DNA of 64,000 nucleotides from an uncultured Ulvibacter sp. (GTDB lineage Bacteria; Bacteroidota; Bacteroidia; Flavobacteriales; Flavobacteriaceae), in the NCBI GenBank assembly GCA_965367015.1, contig CBDUGY010000002.1, forward strand, positions 30,432 to 94,431, read 5' to 3'. The notes under the pieces were generated by a model, which saw nothing but the letters and a program-made list of their open reading frames with translations, searched no databases and was not told the DNA's origin. Made by a program: the position numbers and the translations under genes. This document shows positions 30,094-37,148 of the stretch, one piece after another. Each line of letters starts with the position of its first letter. Position 1 is the first letter of the stretch.

Positions 30094-31098
30094 ATGGCTA
30101 AAAAGAATCAGACACTAGGCGAATTTATAATTGAAAATCAAAGTGAATTTCAATACTCTTCAGGAGAACTTTCTCGTCTTATAAATTCAATTCGACTTGC
30201 CGCCAAAGTAGTAAATCATGAAGTAAATAAAGCCGGGCTTGTAGATATTTTAGGCGCAGTTGGTGACACTAATATACAGGGTGAAGATCAGCAGAAACTA
30301 GATGTCTATGCAAATGAGGCGTTTATTAAGACTCTGACTAATCGTGAGATTGTATGCGGGATCGCAAGTGAAGAAGAAGATGATTTTATCACAATTAAAG
30401 GAAGAAATAATAAGAATGACAATAAGTATGTTGTTTTAATTGATCCATTAGATGGCTCTTCAAATATAGATGTTAACGTATCTGTGGGAACCATTTTCTC
30501 GGTGTATAGACGAGTAACCCCCTCAGGGACTCCGGTAACATTAGAAGATTTCCTGCAGCCGGGAAATAAACAAGTTGCAGCGGGGTATATTGTTTACGGA
30601 ACCTCGACAATGATTGTTTATAGCACAGGTCATGGAGTAAACGGATTTACGCTAAATCCGGCAATTGGAACGTACTATTTATCGCACCCCAATATGAGAA
30701 TCCCGGAAAGCGGAACAATCTATTCTGTGAATGAAGGAAACTATATTCATTTTCCTCAGGGAATTAAGAACTACATTAAATATTGTCAGCAGGAAGAGGA
30801 AGATCGCCCTTATACCTCGCGATATATTGGTTCTTTAGTATCTGATTTTCATAGAAATATGATAAAGGGTGGTATTTATATTTATCCAAACACATCTAAA
30901 AATCCGGAAGGTAAATTAAGGCTTTTATACGAATGTAATCCTATGGCATATATAGCTGAGCAGGCGGGCGGACAAGCTAGTAACGGATTTACCCGTATAT
31001 TGGATATTATGCCAACGGAACTACATCAAAGGGTTCCTTTTATCTGTGGCAGTAAGCTAATGGTAGAAAAGGCAGAAGAGTTTATGAAAAATTCTTAA
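30094..31098 (+). CDS. fbp: class 1 fructose-1,6-bisphosphatase
   Basis: 334 aa from the ATG at 30094 (the track uses TTG at 30067). Contains TLGEFII, the metal site [11 protein letters not shown] and [13 protein letters not shown]. Confidence 0.9.
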   Translation: MAKKNQTLGEFIIENQSEFQYSSGELSRLINSIRLAAKVVNHEVNKAGLVDILGAVGDTNIQGEDQQKLDVYANEAFIKTLTNREIVCGIASEEEDDFITIKGRNNKNDNKYVVLIDPLDGSSNIDVNVSVGTIFSVYRRVTPSGTPVTLEDFLQPGNKQVAAGYIVYGTSTMIVYSTGHGVNGFTLNPAIGTYYLSHPNMRIPESGTIYSVNEGNYIHFPQGIKNYIKYCQQEEEDRPYTSRYIGSLVSDFHRNMIKGGIYIYPNTSKNPEGKLRLLYECNPMAYIAEQAGGQASNGFTRILDIMPTELHQRVPFICGSKLMVEKAEEFMKNS

Positions 31099-31160
31099 AT
31101 AATGGCATATTCTATTTGTTACCTAATTTTTTCTTAGATTTATAACAATAAACTGACGTA

Positions 31161-31511
31161 ATGGGAAAGAAACCAACACAAGAACCTGAAAAAGAGGCTG
31201 TCGATTCTGCTTCGAAAATTGAAGCAATTAAAAATCTTATTTTCGGAGAAAATATCGTTCAATACGATGGTGAATTTGAAACGATTAGAAAAGACCTTCA
31301 GAAGAAAAAAGAGGTGCTTGAAAACTACATCGATGAAGTTCGTAACGAACTTATGCAATCAATTGATTCTCTCAGTACCGACGTAAATATTAGAATTACT
31401 GATCTCGAACAAGCCTTACAAGAAAAGACCGATAAGCTTTCTGAAAAGAAAGTGGACAAAAAGGAACTAGGGAAACTCCTCATTAATTTAGGTGAAAAAA
31501 TAAGTTCGTAA
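31161..31511 (+). CDS. hypothetical coiled-coil protein, first gene of the GTPase/kinase cassette
   Basis: 116 aa, Lys/Glu-rich with heptad-like helical sequence and no TM segment. Its N-terminal motif IKNLIFGEN resembles LLRDILLIDD at the start of the next gene. Confidence 0.55.
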   Translation: MGKKPTQEPEKEAVDSASKIEAIKNLIFGENIVQYDGEFETIRKDLQKKKEVLENYIDEVRNELMQSIDSLSTDVNIRITDLEQALQEKTDKLSEKKVDKKELGKLLINLGEKISS

Positions 31512-31532
31512 TCGTTCTCATTAATACTGTTT

Positions 31533-32363
31533 ATGGTAAAAGATGATGATAAATTACAGCTTTTACGTGATATCCTGCTCATAGATGATAGGCAAGTTGC
31601 GCATGCCATAAACAAGCGAATAGAATTTATTACCGAAACTATTGAAAAGCGTGAAAAGCTTTCAGAAAAAATTGATCCAATAATAGATGATAAACTAAAT
31701 CAGTTTATTGCAGATATCCCCGCCACTTTAGGACCAACTATAACAAAAACTTTAAAAGAACAGATAGAAAATTCTAAAGATCAAGTGGTGGAGGCCCTTT
31801 ACCCTATTATGGGTAAGATGATAAAGCGGTATATCCAGAATGAGATCCGATTACTTTCAGAAAATATAAATAAAAAAGTAAATAATACTTTTTCGTTTAT
31901 TTCCTTCAAACGTAAAGTGCAAGCTCGGTTTACGGGAGTCAAGGAAAGTGATCTGATGCTTAGTGAGATGGACTCTCCTCAAATTAATGAAGTTTTTGTA
32001 ATCCAAAAGGGATCCGGTTTGCTCTTGGGCAACTATAGCAGTACTTACACTATGGATAAAGATATGGTGTCGGGTATGTTAACAGCGATTAAAAGTTTTG
32101 TTGAAGACGCTTTTGAAGGAGGAAATCAAAATCTAGAAGCCATCGAATACGAATTGTATACAATACATATTCAGAATTTTCATACATACTATATTGCCGC
32201 AGTTATATCAGGTACCTATAGTCGAAACTTTGAAAGTAAATTAGAAAATAAGCTGTTTAAGTTGTCGAAGAACTTATCCCCTAAAATATCCACCCTTACA
32301 CAAGATGCTATTGATGGTGTTTTGGAAGATTACTTTACAAAATGGAAATTACCAAGAAAATAG
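31533..32363 (+). CDS. hypothetical protein with helical N-terminal half and Roadblock/LC7-like C-terminal domain
   Basis: 276 aa. The C-terminal 100 aa or so (EVFVIQKGSGLLLGNYSS...MVSGMLTAIKSFVEDAF...IEYELYTIHIQNFHTYYIAAVISG...) shows the strand-helix-strand-strand pattern of Roadblock/MglB-type domains. The 3' end overlaps the GTPase gene by 22 nt. Confidence 0.5.
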   Translation: MVKDDDKLQLLRDILLIDDRQVAHAINKRIEFITETIEKREKLSEKIDPIIDDKLNQFIADIPATLGPTITKTLKEQIENSKDQVVEALYPIMGKMIKRYIQNEIRLLSENINKKVNNTFSFISFKRKVQARFTGVKESDLMLSEMDSPQINEVFVIQKGSGLLLGNYSSTYTMDKDMVSGMLTAIKSFVEDAFEGGNQNLEAIEYELYTIHIQNFHTYYIAAVISGTYSRNFESKLENKLFKLSKNLSPKISTLTQDAIDGVLEDYFTKWKLPRK

Positions 32364-32842
32364 TGCTTTTAGGCCAGTTTGGGGTGGGAAAGACTTCATT
32401 AGTACAAAGATTCATTAAAAATGAATTTACTCAAGATTATAGAACCACTTTGGGGGTGCAAATCGAGAAAAAAATTATCAACTTACCATCGGGCGCCACT
32501 CTTTCTATGATTATTTGGGATTTAGAAGGTTTTTCATCGGTGGATAAAACAAGATCATCTTACCTACTCGGCTCCAGTGCATTTATTCATGTTTTCGACC
32601 TAACACGCCCTGTTACTTATTCAAACTTACATGAAGAGATAAATTTTCTTAGGGTAAATTTTCCAAAAGTACTGTTACGCACTATTGGAAATAAGAGTGA
32701 TCAAAAAGACCCGGAATCGGTTGCAAATTACCTGAAGAGTAAAAATATAAATATTTATGGTTTTGTTAGCGCCAAAACCGGAGAAGGAGTAAATGAACTA
32801 TTTAAAGATATAGCATTAAACCTTAGCGACTATGAACATTAA
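32342..32842 (+). CDS. Ras/Rab-like small GTPase, paralogue 1
   Basis: 166 aa. G1 GQFGVGKTS, switch I TTLGV, G3 WDLEG, G4 GNKSD and G5 SAKTG, in canonical order and spacing. Confidence 0.85.
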   Translation: MEITKKIVLLGQFGVGKTSLVQRFIKNEFTQDYRTTLGVQIEKKIINLPSGATLSMIIWDLEGFSSVDKTRSSYLLGSSAFIHVFDLTRPVTYSNLHEEINFLRVNFPKVLLRTIGNKSDQKDPESVANYLKSKNINIYGFVSAKTGEGVNELFKDIALNLSDYEH

Positions 32843-33422
32843 AAGTTTTTTTTCAAACAAGGTTCAAGAAATTCATACGACTTTAGAAGGCAAGGTCACA
32901 GAAAGCAGTGATACGATATTTACTGTCGATATAGGAGAAAATATATACCTTTTACACCCATTTTTTGAAAGTCTAAAATCTGAATTGATTAATGGTGAAC
33001 ATGAAAGTCTTGCCTTTCCATGTGTACAATTGGAATTTAATGAGACAAAAGCAATATGTGATATTACCATAAAAATTGAACGTGGGTTTTTGGCAATTCT
33101 CTTATTTGATTATTCCGATCATTATGAAAATCTACACGAGGCCGCACAAGAGAAAAAAACGGCAATGTTAAATGAGCAGGCTTATGAATTAAATACTAAA
33201 TATTCAGAAGAGAAAAGAGCTTACTTTGAATACATCCGAGACCGTATTGACCACAAGATTATTAAAGAAATGCAGGATATTGTACTTCAAATTGAAGATT
33301 TAAAGAAAACGAAACTTTCATCAAAACAATATGCGTTATTGCATTCCATAGAAAGTAATATTGGCAACCTGCATTTAAAAGCAATCCAAATTAAAGAAGG
33401 ACTTGGTATTAAATTAGACTAA
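32832..33422 (+). CDS. sensor + DHp-like protein, an ATPase-less paralogue of the downstream histidine kinase
   Basis: 196 aa, colinear without gaps with residues 1 to about 205 of the kinase at 33949. Shared motifs are TIF, LHPF, FPCV.LE.N, FD[YF][ST]DHY and QEK. A His (codon 33252-33254) lies exactly 50 residues after the FD motif, as in the kinase H-box. The protein ends where the kinase ATPase domain would begin. The 5' end overlaps GTPase 1 by 11 nt. Confidence 0.6.
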   Translation: MNIKSFFSNKVQEIHTTLEGKVTESSDTIFTVDIGENIYLLHPFFESLKSELINGEHESLAFPCVQLEFNETKAICDITIKIERGFLAILLFDYSDHYENLHEAAQEKKTAMLNEQAYELNTKYSEEKRAYFEYIRDRIDHKIIKEMQDIVLQIEDLKKTKLSSKQYALLHSIESNIGNLHLKAIQIKEGLGIKLD

Positions 33423-33460
33423 AATTCTTTATAATTGTTCTCTAAACTCTTCGATAATAT

Positions 33461-33946
33461 ATGTCCATTTCAAAAAAAATAGTAATGCTTGGCCATTTTG
33501 GCGTGGGTAAAACCAGCCTCGTTCGCCGTTATGTAGATAGCGCTTTCAGCGAAGACTATTTAGTAACTATGGGTGTGCAGGTAAAGAAAAGGGAAATTGA
33601 GTTTCAAGGAGAAACTATAAAACTCATTATATGGGACATTGAAGGAAATACTTCGATTTCCAAAGCCAGAAAATCTTACCTATTAGGAGCTCAGGGCTTC
33701 ATTTATGTTTTCGACGTGACACGCCCGGAAACATTTGATAACCTCGCATCAGAAAAAGAATATTTGGAAGATAATTTTCCCTTAGTACCGGTTTGTGTAG
33801 TAGGTAATAAAAAAGATCTCATTGAACAAGACAATATTGAGAACTTTATAAAAGAAAAAACCTTCGAAAACTCGATTTTTGCAAGTGCCAAGACTGGTGA
33901 TAATGTAGAGAGAATATTCTTAGAAATCGTAACTAAAATATCGTAA
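33461..33946 (+). CDS. Ras/Rab-like small GTPase, paralogue 2
   Basis: 161 aa. G1 GHFGVGKTS, switch I VTMGV, G3 WDIEG, G4 GNKKD and G5 SAKTG. By eye, close to half the positions are identical to paralogue 1. Confidence 0.85.
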   Translation: MSISKKIVMLGHFGVGKTSLVRRYVDSAFSEDYLVTMGVQVKKREIEFQGETIKLIIWDIEGNTSISKARKSYLLGAQGFIYVFDVTRPETFDNLASEKEYLEDNFPLVPVCVVGNKKDLIEQDNIENFIKEKTFENSIFASAKTGDNVERIFLEIVTKIS

Positions 33947-33948
33947 GT

Positions 33949-35472
33949 ATGAAATTCTCAAAAATACGAGACGATATATATAACTCAAAAATACAAGTTG
34001 TTCAAATCAATGAAGAAGGTATTATAGAAGAGAGTGAAAATACCATCTTTAAACTTAAACAGAATACTGATATCACACACCTGCATCCCTTTCTAGAAGG
34101 GATTCAGCCACTCTTTAATAGCCATGAAGAGTCTAGAAGTGTTCAATTCCCATGTGTTAATCTAGAGATAAACGATAAACACATTGTTGCCGATATTCAC
34201 TTAATTAAAGATGGAAGTAATATCTTTTTAGTTTTTTTTGATTTTACTGATCACTACAAAGATTCACATCCCTTAATTCAGGAAAAAAACGAAGCGTCCA
34301 TTGCTAAGAATAAGCTTACGTTCGAACGAAATATTCTCATCGCGAAAGAAGAAATAAAAAATAATTTCATTGCCCACTTAAATCATGAGATAAGAAACCC
34401 ATTAAATAGTCTTCTAGGGTTTATGGAAATCTTGCGAAATACGAAGCTGGATTACGAGCAAAAGGAAACTCTTAATATAATGAACAAAACCGGAACACAT
34501 TTAAAGGTTTTGTTAGACGACCTCTTAGATATCTCAAGAATTGAAAAAGGAGAGACTGAAGTTCGAAATAGACCTTTCAGTTTAAGTCAGATATTGAATA
34601 ACTTACAAAAACATTTTCAACTTAAATATAATAAGACTAGAATCGATCTGACTATTGACTCGGAAAAGGAAGTTCCCATAAGGCTAATGGGAGATCCCAC
34701 GAGATTAAATCAGATAATTTACAACCTTATCGAGAATGCTTATAAAAACACTAGTGAGGGTACTATAAATATTAAAGTATCTTCCGAAAAAATAGATGAG
34801 GAAAAAGTTAATATTAATTTTACAATATCAGATACTGGACGCGGTATACCCGAGAAAGATTTACCAAAAATATTCGATTCGTATTACCAGCTGGAATTTG
34901 ACGAAACTATACCCCTTGGAGAAGGGCTCGGACTTAAAATTGTTAAAGAACTCACGCATTTGTTGAAAGGTAAAATAGGTGTAGAGAGTAAAGAAAATGT
35001 TGGTACTACATATAGCGTTAGTTTACCCTTTGCTCTTCGTGAAAAAAAAGAACGAAAACATAAGTCGGTACCAAAAGGCACAGGAATAATATTGAGCAAA
35101 AGAATATTGATTGCAGAAAACGATGAAATTAATCAAATGCTCTTAATGAAAACCTTTCTCGATAACGATCAGGGCTATTATATTGAAATTGCCAGAGATG
35201 GGCAACACGCACTGGATTTTCTTGAAAAAAGAAAATACGATCTTTTTCTGTTGAAAATGAAACTTCCCGATATTGATGGCTTAAAAATGATTTCTCTTAT
35301 AAGGAGTAATCCCAATCCAAAAATAAACTCAATCCCTATTCTTGTGGTTACAGGTAGCACCATGAAAAGTGAAGAGAAAGCAATTTTGAGCGGAGGAGCA
35401 TCCGCTTTTTTAGCTAAGCCGTATACCCAAAATGAACTGTTCAAAAATATTGATCAGCTCTTAAAGAATTAG
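33949..35472 (+). CDS. soluble hybrid histidine kinase (novel N-terminal domain, HisKA, HATPase_c, degenerate receiver)
   Basis: 507 aa with no TM segment. H-box HLNHEIRNPLNS (His codon 34384-34386), N-box YNLIENAYKNT, G1 DTGRGIP, F-box FDSYYQ and G2 GEGLGLKIV. The C-terminal REC-like domain (ILIAENDE...VVTGS...FLAKP) has Lys at the phospho-acceptor position. Confidence 0.85.
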   Translation: MKFSKIRDDIYNSKIQVVQINEEGIIEESENTIFKLKQNTDITHLHPFLEGIQPLFNSHEESRSVQFPCVNLEINDKHIVADIHLIKDGSNIFLVFFDFTDHYKDSHPLIQEKNEASIAKNKLTFERNILIAKEEIKNNFIAHLNHEIRNPLNSLLGFMEILRNTKLDYEQKETLNIMNKTGTHLKVLLDDLLDISRIEKGETEVRNRPFSLSQILNNLQKHFQLKYNKTRIDLTIDSEKEVPIRLMGDPTRLNQIIYNLIENAYKNTSEGTINIKVSSEKIDEEKVNINFTISDTGRGIPEKDLPKIFDSYYQLEFDETIPLGEGLGLKIVKELTHLLKGKIGVESKENVGTTYSVSLPFALREKKERKHKSVPKGTGIILSKRILIAENDEINQMLLMKTFLDNDQGYYIEIARDGQHALDFLEKRKYDLFLLKMKLPDIDGLKMISLIRSNPNPKINSIPILVVTGSTMKSEEKAILSGGASAFLAKPYTQNELFKNIDQLLKN

Positions 35473-35473
35473 C

Positions 35474-35899
35474 CTATTTTCTATTCAAGAGATAGCGATA
35501 ATCTTCGAGGTCTAAACCCCCGTCATAAATATCTATAGATCTTTTTATGAGTTTTTGCGCTAATTCTGTAGAATATCCAAGTCCGATTGCATACTTTTCA
35601 ATCAGAAATCGTTCATCATCATCGATATGATGATCAGCAAAAATCATTTCGAACAGATCGTGCATTCTCTCTAAACGTTTTTCCGCGGAATTTGGAGGAT
35701 TCATTGGATACTTCGTTGGATTTTTCAAAACATCAGCATATTCATCCTCATCGATATCTAACTTTCGAGCAAATCTCTTTAAAAGTTCCTCTTCTTTCGA
35801 ATTCAACGCTCCGTCTACCGAAGCCATATTTGCAATTGAAGCGAAATGACCAAGGTTTCTTTTATGTTCTCCGCTTTCAAATAAATCTGTAAATGACAT
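35474..35899 (-). CDS. TerB-family (tellurite-resistance-like) protein
   Basis: 141 aa with two TerB-like repeats (ASVDGALNSKEEELLKRFA; IFADHHIDDDERFLIEKYA). Its stop lies 1 nt from the kinase stop, in convergent orientation. Confidence 0.55.
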   Translation of the reverse strand: MSFTDLFESGEHKRNLGHFASIANMASVDGALNSKEEELLKRFARKLDIDEDEYADVLKNPTKYPMNPPNSAEKRLERMHDLFEMIFADHHIDDDERFLIEKYAIGLGYSTELAQKLIKRSIDIYDGGLDLEDYRYLLNRK

Positions 35900-36053
35900 A
35901 GTATAATTTTAAAGCACAAATATAAAACAATTCCTAACGTTGGGAAGCAAACTAAATAAAGATTACGCCAATTTAAAAAGACCGCTAAACTTTTCTTAAT
36001 TCCATGGAAAGCCTACAAACCTTTTAGTATTTTTAAGGTGCTATGAAAAGAGA

Positions 36054-37076
36054 ATGAAGCAACCACTACTAGTATTTAACGAAAAAGGAATATACTGCAA
36101 ACAGGCAAATGTGTACATTGATGCCTGGAGTCCGGTAGATAACTGTATTGTCACACATGGCCATGCAGATCACAGCAGGTGGGGCCACAAAAATTATATC
36201 ACCCACAGAAATAACGTCCCCATCATAAAACATAGATTAGGAGATATTATAGTCACCGGAGTGGAATGGAATGAAACCTTTACAATTAATGGTGTAAAAT
36301 TCTCTCTTCATCCTGCGGGTCATATTGTCGCATCCTCACAGGTTAGAGTTGAGTACAAAGGAGAGGTTTGGGTCTTTACCGGAGATTTCAAAACTGAAAA
36401 TGACGGCCTGGCCGAGCCTTTTCAACCTATAAAATGTCATACTTTTATTACCGAATGCACTTTCGGACTTCCCGCTTTTAAATGGGTACCTCAAGCTGAA
36501 GTATTTAACGACATTAATAATTGGTGGGCTACCAACCAAAATGAAGGAAAAACATCTATTCTATTTGGTTACAGCCTAGGAAAAGCGCAGCGATTATTAA
36601 AACATTTAGATCCTTCGATCGGTAAAATTTATACGCATGGAGCTGTAGAAAATATGACTGCTGTTTTACGTGAAAACTATATATTTCCAAAAACTGAACG
36701 CATTACAAGAAATACAACCAAAGAAGAAATTAGAGGGAATATTGTTATCGCCCCGCCAAGCGCACATGGTGGAACATGGATTCGAAAAATGGTTCCTTAT
36801 GTCACTGCATCCGCTAGTGGTTGGATGACATTTAGAGGAGCACGACGGCGACGCGCTATAGATCGCGGATTCGTACTCAGCGATCATGCCGATTGGGACG
36901 GTCTGCTGCATGCCATAGATGAAACAGGGTGTGAAAAAGTAATAGCCACTCATGGTTATACAGATATTTTCGCTCGCTATCTTCGGGAAGAAATTGGACT
37001 TGATGCCCGCACTGAAAAAACACAATACGAAGAAGAAGGTGCCGAAATTACAGCAAAAACAGAGAACGATGTCTGA
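36054..37076 (+). CDS. ligase-associated DNA damage response exonuclease (MBL/beta-CASP fold)
   Basis: 340 aa. MBL motif VTHGHADH and late motifs LSDHAD and ATHG. First gene of the conserved exonuclease-ligase-helicase-PdeM order. Confidence 0.8.
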   Translation: MKQPLLVFNEKGIYCKQANVYIDAWSPVDNCIVTHGHADHSRWGHKNYITHRNNVPIIKHRLGDIIVTGVEWNETFTINGVKFSLHPAGHIVASSQVRVEYKGEVWVFTGDFKTENDGLAEPFQPIKCHTFITECTFGLPAFKWVPQAEVFNDINNWWATNQNEGKTSILFGYSLGKAQRLLKHLDPSIGKIYTHGAVENMTAVLRENYIFPKTERITRNTTKEEIRGNIVIAPPSAHGGTWIRKMVPYVTASASGWMTFRGARRRRAIDRGFVLSDHADWDGLLHAIDETGCEKVIATHGYTDIFARYLREEIGLDARTEKTQYEEEGAEITAKTENDV

Positions 37077-37148
37077 AATTCCGAATAATGGAAATACCAT
37101 ATTAATCTCTATTCCTATGTTACTAGGTGTAGTAAAGTGTGTGAGATT

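Noticed and set aside
31325-31615. 96-aa minus-strand ORF bridging the first two genes of the GTPase cassette.
   Set aside because: It is antisense to coiled-coil coding sequence, and Lys/Glu codons read backwards give Ser/Phe/Leu-rich pseudo-protein. No support.
32342-33946. Interpreting the two GTPases plus the Roadblock-like protein as an MglA/MglB polarity or gliding module.
   Set aside because: As I recall, MglA keeps a catalytic Gln in its G3 region and has a distinctive P-loop. These proteins are Rab-like (TxGV switch I, NKxD, SAK), lack the Gln, and are wired to kinase paralogues. They are not MglA orthologues, though a generic GTPase/Roadblock relationship is kept as a hypothesis.
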